Below, in pieces: positions 10,844 through 23,572 of a DNA stretch of 64,000 nucleotides. The first letter of the stretch is position 1; the number at the start of each line of letters is the position of its first letter. The position numbers and the translations under genes were made by a program. Source of the stretch: Callorhinchus milii (Eukaryota). The stretch is taken from NCBI RefSeq assembly GCF_018977255.1, contig NW_024704743.1, positions 91,142,001-91,206,000 of the forward strand, given 5' to 3'. The notes beneath the pieces are model-generated. The model saw only the letters and a program-made list of their open reading frames with translations, did not search any database and was not told where the DNA came from.

Positions 10844-13800
10844 ATTCCATAAGGGCCTCATGATGAAACTGGAAGCCATGGGAGTACATGGCCAAATCCT
10901 GGAATTAATCCGGAACGTGTACTCCAGCTCCAAGATCCATGTAAGGGGCGACAGTGGACTTACTGAGTCCATCCCTCTGGACGGAGTGGTAAGGCAAGGC
11001 TGGCCATTGTCATGTTTTTCCTGTTCGTTGTGTTCATCAACGACGTGTTGGATGGCATCGAGGGGGAAGGACTTGGTGTATCTGTTCCAGGCCTCTCTGC
11101 GGATGATATTGTGCTGCTGGCGGACTCACCTTGGGACCTTCTGCGCTGAACCCGCCATCTGGAACACTGGGCCAATCGGTGGAACATGGTGGTAGGCCAT
11201 GTTAAATGCGGAGTCATGGTTTGAACGCCCCAAGGAAAGACATCGAGGGAAGATACATGGGGCATCAGTCCCAATTGTTAACAACAATAACAACAAAATG
11301 ACATTTGTATAGCGCCTTTCACATCGGGAGGACATCCCAAGGCGTTGGACAGTCAGTATTTCAGACATGAAGGCAGGGGACATGAAGCAGGCCGGAGCCC
11401 ACTGAGTGGAAGGAGAGTGCAGGTTGGTAGGGAAATAGGAGGTTGCAGAGCTAGGGGGCAGTAAGGCCATGGAGTGCTTTGAAGGTGAGGAACAGGATCT
11501 TGATCCTCTGTGTGATGGGAAGCTAGTGGAGTCAGGCGAGGATTGGGGTGATAGGGTCACGGAGCCTGATGCGGAAGGGGACACAGGCTGCAAAGTTTTG
11601 GATGATCTATGGAGGGAGGCCGACAAGCAAGGACTTTGAATTGTCAGTGTTACAATCTCGATGTTATGAATGCGTGTATGTGGATTTTGGTGGCCTGCGG
11701 TGTGAGACAGTGGCGGAGCCAGGCGATGTTGCAGAGATGGGGGAAGGCAGAGCAGGTAATGGCATGAATGTGGGGTAGAAAGGACAGTTGAAGGTCAAAC
11801 AAGATGCCAAGTGTGCATCCATGGATGGTGATGCTGACAGGGCCTGAGGTGTGGAGGCACTGACGGGAGCCAAGCAGGAGGGCCTCAATGTTGTTGACGT
11901 TCAACTGAAGAAAGTTAGCTCTCATCCAGGACTTGATGACTGACAGAGTCAAGGGTGGAGGCAGAGAGGTAGAGTTGGATGTCATCCGCATACATGTGGA
12001 AGTTGACTCCATGTCTGCGGATGATGTCACCAAGAGGGAGCATAAAGATATGGAAGAGGAGGGGACCAAGGACAGAGCCCTGAGGGATGCCGCATGAGAT
12101 GGTCCGGGGGCTAGAGGAGAAACTGTTTTGAGATAAAGTGGAAGCAGTGAGAGGTACAAGCTGAACTATTCAAGGACAGAATCGTGAAGGTTGAGGTGAG
12201 CGGAGAGGCGGTGGATGAGGATAGAGTTGTAAATGGTGTCGAAGGCAGCAGAGAGGTCAAGGAGACAGAAGGGGCCCTGGTCGCAGATGGACAGAATGTC
12301 ATTTGTTACTTTGACCAAAACTGTTTCCGTGTTAACTCTTATCGGTACCTTGCGGTCGTGGTGGACACCAACTTCAGCCTGGACATTGTCCTGAAGGACT
12401 GCGCTGAGAAGGAGCAAAGGGCACTTTGGTCATGCTCATCCCTCTTCAAGGACAACAAAAATAATAATCGTTGCATTTGATATAGCACTTTTCATATCTT
12501 CTATGTCTCAAAGCGCTTCATAGAATATACTGTAAAGTGAATTAAAGTGAAGTGTATATTTGTGGGTGAAACATGGCAGCCAATTGTGCACAGCAGTGTC
12601 CCACAAACAGTCGTGGATTGAAGTGACCAATTTATTTTCTTGAGGGATCATTATTAGGCCTGTGGAGTAGGGAAACTTGCCCAAGGTTTTACCCTGCTGG
12701 CAATCACAGGATAATACTAACCACTTTCTCCACATGTAAGGCACGTTCTGCCTCAATTAGTTGCAAAGTGGCTCATCTTGCATAGTAAGTGCTCTAACCA
12801 CTGTATAGGGCTATAGGGCAAGGCTCCAGTGCACGTCAAGCTTGTGGCGTAGAAGACCTGTGTGCAAACAGTCCTCCTTGATGGATCTGATCTCCTAGGG
12901 ATGCAGCGCAGAGGCTTCCTCCAACCCATCTGCAAAGTCCAGGATCAAGCAGTGAGGTGGATTTGTAGCAAACACAGGATGCAGTTGCAGGGGGGGAGGG
13001 CTCTGGTCTACACTGATCTGTCACTTAGCCTGGAGATGGAGGCGGCTTCACAGCAGGCACGTTTATTTGCCAAGGCTCCTTGCATGAGGACCTGGATTGA
13101 GTAGCTGGTGCTGAGTAATCCTGGTACATAGCATTGGACTTGGACATCAAGAACATCAAGGTGGCTAGCATGTCACAAGCTATTGTGTAAAGGTCCACCC
13201 ACACGTCGAAGGCAGATGCCCGCCAGATAGCTGATGAGGAAACTCTGAGGCTTGGGGTGACAATTACTGGAAGGCGTTACCTGGTGTCCGAGTTCATGAA
13301 CTGATGTTCGTACATCTAGCGCCTGGAATCCATCTTGATTGGCCCGCAGAGGGGCAAGCAGCTGCTGCTTAAACTCTGCACCTCCAATTGGTGGAACCAT
13401 CGCTCAATGGGAAGGGAGGTTTGCCCAAGCTGCGGACAGGCAGAAAATGGCAATGCTCTCACCCATTTCATGCTGAGATGCATTGCCTACCGGGAAACTT
13501 GCAGGGAATTCCTTGTACCTATCATCTACCAGGTCAGGGTTCCAACCCGCTCTTGTCGGATGTCGAACGACCAACTAGTGAATATCCTCCTTGGGAGGAG
13601 GTAAGCGGCGTCTCCTTGGAGCTGAACTAGTTCAGGTCCGGACGGGTCCACAGTATTCCAGGGCATGGCTGATGATAGCACAGACTGTCTGGCTAATCGG
13701 CAGGATCTGGAAGGGCAGACCAGTCACTGGGGCAGGGAGTCATCCCACTCAGCTCCTGTTAACCCAGCAAGCTAAAGCCCTAACGGATAGGGTGGTCCTA

Positions 13801-14115
13801 GCTGGACAAGCAGCGGGAAAGCTTGCCAGACAGCAATATCAATGGTAAGCTATGAGGTTTAGATGGTCGGACTCCAGCAGTAACCCAACGCACACTCTGG
13901 GGTCCCCAAGCCTTGGCTCATGCCAACATGCGCCTAATACTTTCTGGAATTAGGTAAGCAGGATGCATTCCGCCAGGGAGAGATTGTGCATACCATTCCA
14001 ACAATGTATCTCAGGGATTTCCATGTGTAGGTGGGATGCGTGAAAATCTCAGCTTGGTTTGGTTTGGAATACTCTTAAGCATGGTGATGGGTTTCCGCAC
14101 CTGTCCAAAATAAAA
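10844..14115 (+). mobile_element. Decayed non-LTR retrotransposon that is neither L2 nor CR1 (RTE-X-like, tentative), interrupted by an L2 (11283-12329) and a SINE (about 12460-12805)
   Basis: RT motifs KLEAMGVHGQIL...VRQG(W)PLS...VFINDVL...ADDIVLLADS...KCGVM; VN|SYRYL resumes after the L2 with TGTTAAC duplicated; C-terminal CPSC..x..H....C zinc knuckle; A-rich end at about 14107-14117. Confidence 0.8.
11283..12329 (-). mobile_element. L2 LINE fragment inserted in the unusual LINE
   Basis: [25 protein letters not shown] and L2 tail at about 11283-11350. Confidence 0.9.
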
Positions 14116-14323
14116 AAGATCCCAAGTGTATTCTAATCAGCTTTGCGTATTTCACACATTAATATTACATACTTTGCAGTAACTGTGAAGCCCTTTGAGA
14201 TGTCCTCCAGGCATGAATGTGTCAAATGCAAGGATTATTTACATTTGACACATTGCATCGTTTGAGGAAGCTTTAGCTTGTGTTCCCATCATTGTTGTCA
14301 GTACGTGTTGTCAGGACTACAGT

Positions 14324-14646
14324 GGAGTCCTGTAGCTCAGTGGTTAGAGCACTCGCTTTGCAAGCGAGAGACCTGAGTTCAATTCCAGGCAGGGCGAAAC
14401 CTTGGGCAAGTTTCCTTACTCCACACAGAGCCTAATAATAATCCCTCCAAAACTAAAAAACAATAGTTAAATTGGTCATTTTCAATCTACGACTGTTTGT
14501 GGGACATTGCTGTGCGCAATTGGCTGCCGCGTTCGCCCACAAATATACAGTCAATTCACTTTACAGTGTGTACTGTGAAGCGTTTTGGGACGTCCTCCCG
14601 ACGTGAAAAGCGCTATATCATATGCAAGGATTATTATTATTATTAT
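14324..14646 (+). mobile_element. Deu SINE, short subfamily, full length
   Basis: Near-identical to 1545-1865. Confidence 0.92.
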
Positions 14647-16425
14647 GCCACATGGACAACTGCTGCAGTGCTAGTGAGATCCTACAATATGATGTGATTG
14701 CAGGAGACTACATTTCCAGGGCACTGAAGCTCTCCTCGGTCTTTGAGGGACTATGTGCCATAACAAATAACAGCCTTTAAGATGCTTTGAATGATTCTAA
14801 AGCAGCATGCATGCATAAAACTAAAAGGTAGGTTTGTCCTGCCTCCTAGGAAATGCAGCTTTATATTTCATATTGCAGTTGATGCATATTTTAATAGGTG
14901 CAAATATAAACTAATCAATGCATATGGCACAACAGTGATACATATATAAAAATAATTCCCTTACATAAGGTGCTTTGATCTGTTATACCTGATAAACAGG
15001 AGTGTAAAATGAATAATATCTTCGCATCCCAAACAGCACTTTGCACACTCAGATGCTGTTTGTCAATAATAATAATAATCCTTGCGTCTCACAGCGCTTC
15101 ACAGAATATACTGTAAAGTGAATTGACTGCATATTTTGTGAGCGAAGCAAGGCAGCCAATTGCGCACAGTAGTGCCCGCATATGGTACCACTTTTATGCT
15201 TTGGTACATATTAGAGCCTGGAAACATTTTTTTCTCTCCATGGGGATTTGAAAAGCTTTCAAATTGAGTCAATCATTCACATTCATGTAGGGGGAGGTGA
15301 GGAATGGACATTTGGTACCTTTATTGCCTTTTGAATAAAAGAGTTAAAAGCAGAATAAATTATGTTCTGCACTGTACCGATGCCAAACATTCAGTGAAGC
15401 AACATTGTAGAAAACAACAGTTTTCTATATCAATAGCCAGCCCACTTGATAAAAGATGTTTTTTCCTGTCACTTATGCATATTGACTGGTGCACTGTTGT
15501 AAACTTCTAAGATTCATGGTTTAACAAAAAATCATCTAGTTTTATTTTTTTTAAAAAAGCTTTCAAATTAAGCCTGAATTAAAATTTTTATTACAATTCA
15601 GCACAGTCTTCAATTTTAAAACAAAATTATCTGCTTGGTTCCATCTAATTGTTGTCTTATTGATGTTATGTGGCAATGTGATATTATCTCTTTAAACCAA
15701 TTTTCACCTTAGGACATCCTCCTGACGTGAAAGCCGCTATATAAATGTACATTTGTTGTTGGTGGTGGTGCAAAATAACTGCTGTATTAAACAGTCACTG
15801 TAATTGACAGTAGTTACTTGTGAAACGTTTGAGATGTTTTAACATGATGAGATTCTATAAAAATGAAAATTCTTTCTTAGCTCCATCTCTTCCTATCTTT
15901 AGTTCAGCACCATGTTTCTGTTATGCCATAATGTTGATATTTTTACCACCTCAAAATCTACAAGTTTATTCCTAATACTTCTTATATTAGTACAAGACAT
16001 CAAGGTCTTTCTGTCAGCGCCTCCTTACCTCACGTGCTGACAGCATCACTATTCATGGATGAACTCTCCACCTCACTGAGCCAGGACAGAACCTGTTCGA
16101 CCTTTAATTATTTTAAACCCTACATCTATTCCATTACCGCTTGCCTTTCCCTTCACCACCATCTCTTCCCTCAGGCTGCTGAAACCCTCACCCACACTCT
16201 CATTATATCACGGCTTGACTACACTAATTCCGTGCTCACCAGACTTGCCGACTCTTCCCTCCACAAGCTGCAGATTATTCAGAACTCTGCAGTTTATGTC
16301 CTCTCCCGCATTAAGCTTTGTGTGCCAATCACCCTATCCTTGCTTGGCTTCATGGCTCCCCATCTTCCAAAGGATCAAGCTCAAAATCCTAATCCTTAAG
16401 TTTAAAGCCCTTAACTTTATAAATA

Positions 16426-16728
16426 AATAATAATAATCCTTGCATTTGATATAGCGCTTTTCACATCTTCTAGACATCTCAAAGCGCTTCACAGATTATA
16501 CTGTAAAGTGAATTGACTATACATTTGTGGCGAAACACGGCAGCCAATTGCGCATAGCAGTGTCCCACAAACAGTCGTGGATTGAAGTGACTAATTTATT
16601 ATTGTGTTTTTTTTNAGGGTTTATCAGGGTGTGGAGTAAGGAAACTTGCCCAAGGTTTGCCCTGCTGGGAATCAACCCAAGTCTCTCGCTTACAAGGCCA
16701 GTGCTCTAATCACTGAGCTACAGGACTC
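16426..16728 (-). mobile_element. Deu SINE, short subfamily
   Basis: Reverse complement of the same consensus. Confidence 0.9.
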
Positions 16729-18420
16729 TGTTTTTTTTCTTTGGCAAGTGCCTATAAGGGACAAGTAGAGGCAATAGTTCTGATTCATATCCATTAAATG
16801 TAGATCAAAACTTTCCACATCCTTCAGCAAATCTGTGCCGTGCTGCCCTCCTTACCTCCATGACTTATAAAAAAACACACTAACCTGTCTGTTCCCTCCG
16901 CTCCGCAAGCACAGGCCTGCTCCACATCCCCTGTCCGCCTGCTCCACTATCGGCAGTCGGACTTTCAGCCTTTCTGCCCGTACCCTCTTCAACCCCGTCC
17001 TGGAGTACCTTTCAACTCGCTCTTGCCTCCTTCAAGGCCAATCTCAAGACCTTCCTTTTTGGCCGTGCCTTGAGGTAATCTTCCCAATACCACCCCACTT
17101 GCCCTCGATCCTCTCTGATGTAAACCCTTCATTGTCCAGGGCATTGGGACATTCTCCTGACATGAAAGGCACTATATCAATGCAATTTGTTGTTCTGTTT
17201 CCTATTTTATGATTATTGTAAAGAAAATAAGATTTTCACAAAGGTACAAAGATGGTAGTATTAAGAATATTTCTCGTATTATCTGGAAAGAATGAAAGAA
17301 AATCAAATTCAATCATCTTCCCACACTCCACATTAATTTTACACATTGCGTCTTTGTATTTCTATAGTTCTGCAGATCTTATGACCTTGTATAAAATACA
17401 TCGTCTTCCTCATCTTCCTCTCCCTCATTACTAGAACCACAAATAATATATCGAATACATTCGGCTCCCTAAATAAAAATAATAGTTAATTAATAGTTTA
17501 ATTGACAGATTCCTAAAATCCTAGACCATGCAGTAAATTATAAAAATGGAGACTACCATTGGCTTTAAATGTGTTTATGTGCAAAATTATTTCAAATCTG
17601 GTTCTGAATGTATTTTTCTTTGGAAAGTGCCTGTAAGTGACAAGTAGAGGCAATAGTTCTGATTCATATCCGTATATGAATCAGAACTATTGTTCTGAAC
17701 GTATATCAGAATTTCTCACAGCCCTCAGCAAATCTATGCTGTGCTGCCACAACTAACTGTGCTGAAAATTAAATCTCGGAAACACTAGATTATGCAAGGT
17801 AAGATGTTGTAGAACAGTGGATTTAGGAGAGCCTGAGAACTAATTGTTACGAAAAAATCTTGTGTAACACTACTATACAAAATACATACAGCCACATGAC
17901 TTTATCGTATGATGCACTTTGAGACATCTTGACAACATGATCAAGTTGCTATATCAAATGCAAAGATTATTATTATTAAACCAAGGTCTCGTCTGCCTTC
18001 AAATCAATTTGAAGATCCAATCATAGTAATCGAAAAGCTAAAGTAGTTTCTAATCCAAAAATTCTCCAGAATAATCATTTGCTTCATATCTGTTTCTAGC
18101 ATCTTGCTATCCAGAAAATGGCTGCTGCATTTGTCTAAAAAAATGAGTACATTCAACAATTACTGAAAAGTGCTTCAGAGGTTTTCAATGAATAAATTAC
18201 TTAGAACGATACACAATAAAATTTACATGTCTATTGTACCATTAACATCAGGAGGTCTCAAAGTGCCTAACAAGTGGAAAGATAACCGAAAGTGCGGTAA
18301 AAAAGTATGTTTTGATTCATGCCTTAAAAAAGGGAAGAGGGAGAGAGAGAAAGAGTCAGAGAGGCTGTGTGATGGAGATCCAGAGAACATGGCAGAATGG
18401 TTGAAAGCTTACAATAATGG

Positions 18421-21400
18421 CAACAACAACAAAATTCAATTTATAGAGCGCCTTTCACGTCGGGGGGACGTCCCAAGGTGCTAATCCTCCTGCCCGTACC
18501 CTCCGTTCCTCTGGCTCCGGTCTGCTCCACATCCACCGCCCCAACTGCCCTACCATCGGTGGTCGGGCCTTCAGCCTCTCAGCCCCTAGGCTCTGGAACT
18601 CCATCCCCCAGTACCTTCGCCGCTTCCTCCCTTTCCTCCTTCAAGGCCGGTCTCAAGACTTTTCTCTTCGACCGTGCCTTCAGCTCCCCTCTCAACTCTC
18701 TACCTCCTCCTCGCTCCCTCCCTTCCCTCACCCTGACCATTTCCCCCCTGCTTGGGTCCTGACCCAACTGTCCAGCGCCTTGGGACGTCCTCCCGACGTG
18801 AAAAGCGCTCTATAAATGAAATCTTGTTGTTGTTGTTGATGGTACCATTTTGTTGGTAAGGCAAATAGGCTGGGGATATGAAGTAGGGCAGTACGGATCT
18901 TGAGAGGGTCCTGAGAGAGTTTTGAGACGGATCTTGATGGAGCAAGTGAGGGGGCGAGGCAGAGGGACTGCGGGGTGGTGTTCCAGAGGGTGTGGGCAGA
19001 GTGGCAGAAGGCCCACCCACCAATAGTGGGACGAGTGAGGTGGGGGATGTGAAGCAGGTCGGAGCCCATTAAGTGGGAGGAGTAGGCAGGTTGGTAGGGA
19101 TTAGGAGGTCGCAGAGGTAGGTGGGAGTAAGGCCATGGAGGGTTTTAAAGGTAAGGACCAGGATCTTATAATAATATATAATAATAATCCTTGCATTTGA
19201 TATAATAATAATACTTGCATTTGATATAGCGCTTTTCACGTCGGGAGGACGTCCCAAAGCGCTTCACAGAAGACACTGTAAAGTGAATTGACTGTATATT
19301 TGTGGGCGAACGCGGCAGCCAATTGCGCACAGCAATGTCCCACAAACAGTCGTAGATTGAAAATTACCAATTTTAATTTTGGTTTTTGGAGGGATTATTA
19401 TTAGGCTCTGTGTGGAGTAAGGAAACTTGCCCAAGGTTTCGCCCTGCCTGGAATTGAACCCAGGTCTCTCACTTGCAAAGCGAGTGCTCCAACCACTGAG
19501 CTACAGGACTCCACGAACTGTATCCTCTGTGTAATGGGAAGCCGGTGGAGTCGGGCGAGGATGGGGCTGATAGAGTCACAGAGCCTGGTGCGGGAGAGGA
19601 CACGGGCTGCAGAGTTTTGGATGATCTGCAGCCTATGGAGGGACGAGTTTGGGAGGCCGACAAACAGGGAGTTTGTATAGTCATGTCTGGATGTTATGAA
19701 TGCGTGTATGAGGGTTTCGGCAGCCTGCAGTGTGAAACAGTGGCGGAGCCGAGCGATGTTGCGGAGGTGAGGGAAGGCAGAGTGGGTCATGGCATGGATA
19801 TGGGGTAGAAAGGATAGTTGAGGGTCAAACAAGATGCTAAGGTTCCGGACTGGCTTAGCAAGGTGGACTGTGCATCTGTGGATGGTGATGCTGTCAGTGT
19901 CTGAGATGTGGAGGAGCTGACGGGAGCCAATCAGGAGAGCCTCGATCTTTTTAAAGTTCAACTGAAGAAAGTTAGCTTTCATCCAGGACTTGACATCTGT
20001 GGTCAGTGGTCCTGGAGTCGAGGGCGCAGGCAGAGAGATAGAGTTGAGTGTCATCCGCATACATGTGGAAGTTGACCCCTTGTCTGCAGATGATGTCACT
20101 AAAAGGGAGCATATAAATATTGAAGAGGAGGGGACCAAGGACAGATCCCTGAGGAATGCGGAACTAGAGAGAATCCGCTTGTTGAGATGAAGTGGAGATG
20201 ATGTGAGAAATAGGATCTGAACCATTCAAGGACAGTGCCATGAAGGTTGAGGTGAGAGGAGAAGGGTTGGAGGAGGATAGAGTGGTCAATGGTATCGAAG
20301 GCAGCAGAGAGGTCGAGGAGGAGGCAGAGGGAGCCTTGGTCATTTGTCAGTTTGACCAAAGCTGTTTCTGTGCTGTGGAGTTTGTGAAGGGAGTGGCCAG
20401 AGAGGAAGTAGCGAAGCTGGGAAAAACAACTCATTCCAGGACCTTGGAAAGGAAAGGTTGGTTGGAGATGGGGCAGTAGTTTGATAGCTGGGATGGGTCC
20501 AGGGAAGGCTTTTAAGGATAGGACTGATGCCAGCTGTTTTTAAAGGGGTGGGAATGGTGCCAGTGGACAGGGGGAGGTTTATGATATGGGCAAGGAAATG
20601 TAGCTCCAAGGTAAGGAGAGGGGTTGGGATGGGGTCGAGGGAGCAGGTGGTCAGTTTCATGTGGGTTATAGCGGTGGTGAGAGAGGAGGGTTTGAAGGTG
20701 TGGAGGGAAGGATGGGTAGGGGCTGGGGTGTGAGGGGGAGATGGGGAGGGGATAGTAGACAGAAGGACAGAGGCAGCTGAGCAGATCCCCTCGATTTTGG
20801 TTTAGACGAAGTCCAACATCGCCTCATAGTTGGCGTTGGAGGAGAGGATAGGTGAGGTGTGAGAGGGTGGATGGAGGAGCCGGTTGGTGATGGAGAATTG
20901 GAGCCTGGGGTTGTCCTTGGTCTCCAAGATTGTCTTGAGGATGATTTAGTGGAGGCTAGGGTAGAACGGTAAAATTTGATAAGGTCCAGCTAGATCTGCT
21001 GATAGATCATTAAGTTGGATTTGAGCCAGGTGCATTCAGCGGCACGTACCTGACCCTTAAGGGAGTGGAGGTGGCTGGTGTACCAGCAACAACAACAACA
21101 AAATTACATTTATAGAGCGCCTTTCACATCAGCAGATCAGAGAGGGCAAGGCCACGGATGGCCTTGAAAGTGAGGATGAGGATCTTGAATTTGATTTTCC
21201 GAGGGAAGGGGAGCCAGTGGAGTCAGGCGAGTGATGGGGTCATGTAGCCTGGTGCGCAAAAGTACACAAGCTGCAGAATTTTGGATGATCTGCAGCTTGC
21301 GAAGGGAAGAGTTGGGAAGGCTGAAGAGGAGGGAATTTTCATAATTGAGCCTTGAGGTGACGAATGCGTGGGTGAGGGTTTCGGCAGCCCGAGGGGTGAG

Positions 21401-22510
21401 GGGCAGTGGCGGAGTCTGGCAATGTTGCAGATGTGGTAGTAGGCAGTGCCGGTCATGGCGTGGATGTGGGGGAGAAAGGACAGTTCAGGATCAAACAAGA
21501 CACCCAAGTTCCTGACTGGCTTAGTGAGGTTGAGTGTTCAACAACAACAACAACAACAAGATTCCATTTATAGAGCGCCTTTCACGTCAGGAGGACGTCC
21601 CAAGGCGCTGCACAGTTGGGTCATGACCCGAGCAGGGGGGAAATGGTCAGGGTGAGGGGAGGGAAGGGAGGGAGAGAGGAGGGGGGAAATGGTCAGGGTG
21701 AGGGGAGGGAAGGGAGGGAGCGAGGAGGAGGAAGAGAGTCGAGAGGGGAGCTGAAGGCACGGTCAAAGCCGTGGAGGCTGATGCTGCCAGCGCCCGAAGT
21801 GTGGAGGCGCTGGCGCGAGACAATCAGGAGGGCCTTGGTCTTGCTGACATTGAGTTGGAAAAAGTTGTCCCTCATCCAGGACTCGATGTCGGACAGGCAG
21901 TCCGTCAGGACTCGAGTAGTCCTGGAGTTGAGTGTGGAAGCAGAGAGGTAGAGTTGAGTGTCATCCGCATACATGTGGAAATTTACCCCTTGTCTGCGGT
22001 TGATGTCACCAAGGAGGAGCATGTAGAGGGTGAAGAGGAGGCGACTGAGGACAGAGCTCTGAGGAACACAACACAAGATGGTGTGGGGGTTGGAGGAGAA
22101 GCTGTTTGCTGCGACAAAGTGGAGGCGGTGTGAAAGGTAGGACCTGAACCAGTCAAGGACAGAACCTTGAAGGTTGAGGTGGGAGGAGAGGCGGTGGAGG
22201 AGAATTGAGTGGTCCACAGTTTCATAGACAACGGAGAGGATGAGGAGGCAGAGGGAGCCCTGGTCACACATGGTCAGGATGTCATTTGTGACCTCGACCA
22301 GAGCGATTTCCGTGCTGTGGGCAGCATGGAAACCCGATTGGAGGGGCTCATGGAGGGAGTGGGAGGAGAGGAAAGAGCGAAGCTGGGAGGCAACGTCTCT
22401 CTCAAGGACCTTGGACAGAAAAGGGAGGTTGGAGATGGGCCTGTAGCTGGATAGCTGTGATGGGTCAAGGGAAGGTTTCTTCAAGATGGGGGTGATAGTA
22501 GCTGTTTTCA
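18421..22510 (-). mobile_element. Cluster of nested L2 fragments (mostly minus strand; one plus-strand 3' end at 18485-18837), with a SINE at 19168-19512
   Basis: Repeated L2 ORF2 motifs ([32 protein letters not shown]) and four L2 tails. Confidence 0.9.
19168..19512 (-). mobile_element. Deu SINE, short subfamily, inserted in an L2 and with a duplicated tail
   Basis: Same consensus; the L2 LHRLPITQRIQF reading resumes on the other side. Confidence 0.92.
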
Positions 22511-23179
22511 TATAATAATAAATTGGTCACTCCAATCCACGACTGTTTGTGGGACACTGCTGTGCGCAATTGGCTGCCGTGTTTAGCCCACAAAATATGC
22601 AGTCAATTCACTTTACAGTATATTCTGTGAAGCGCTTTGAGATGTCTCGAAGACTTGAAAAGGCGCTATATCAAATACAAGGATTATTATTGTATTAGTA
22701 GAATTTTTTGCATCTCAAGTTAATTGTTTCCATTCAGCACTTTCCCTGAGCTGAGACTGGGAACTCACTGTGTCGGTATATCACAGGGCTGCTCTCATGT
22801 CCTGCTGTGTAATGTGGTGCAGTGTTTGCTCACTGACACACTTCTTCATTGCACTGACAGCTTTGCAGGACTTTACAACTATCACAGATCCTGACTCCTT
22901 CATAATCAGCTCAAGGTAATTGAAAGGTGACATTGCCAGCTCTGTCAATTGGGCCTAGTGTGTTCTCGTGCTGAGCGGCATTTATCTTATTTAGACAAAT
23001 ATGGTGTAATTAGATCAGCTCACATTTCCTTATAGGCAATTAAACAATGAAAAAGGATATGAAGATTACTTCAAGGGCAGGTTAAAGGCCTAACTGGTAT
23101 TCATGTTGAATTCTTCATTTAAACAACTGTCTGAGGTAGATTCTGCTGTGTAGAGAGCTGTGCTGCAACTACACAAAGC

Positions 23180-23389
23180 ATGTTTTCAGATGTGGTACTC
23201 ACAGCCCTCATTGACGCAGTGGTGGCACGGCGAGGTGCGCTCTTTGGATACGGTGGCATCTCAGTGCCTGCCCAGGCTCGGTTAAAGGCATGGAAGGAGG
23301 TACGTGATCTAGTAAATGCGGTGGAGTCAACAACATGGCCCTGGGAAGAAGTCCGCAAGAAGACCCTTGATGTGAAAAGGTCAGCCATT
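23180..23389 (+). CDS. Myb/SANT-like gene exon 1 (trihelix domain)
   Basis: MFSDVVLTALIDAVVARRGALFG...ARLKAWKEVRDLVNAVESTTWPWEEVRKKTLDVKRSAI fits the FS..L...V......LFG...AW..V...VNAV.......V.KK..D.K pattern of Harbinger Myb proteins and NAIF1; donor ATT|GTGAGT at 23390. Confidence 0.8.
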
Positions 23390-23572
23390 GTGAGTACCCC
23401 ACCCAAAGTTCTCCAGAAGTAATTTGGTCACTCAATCCACAAATGTTTGTGGGTCACTGCTGTGGCTGTTTTGCCCACAAAATATACAGTAAATTCACTT
23501 TACAGTATATTCTGTGAAGCGCTTTGTGACGTCTCAACAATGTGATAAGGTGCTACATCCTATGCAAGGATT

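Noticed and set aside
16615..16615. Ambiguous N bases (also 26037)
   Set aside because: Assembly uncertainty beside homopolymers, both outside called exons
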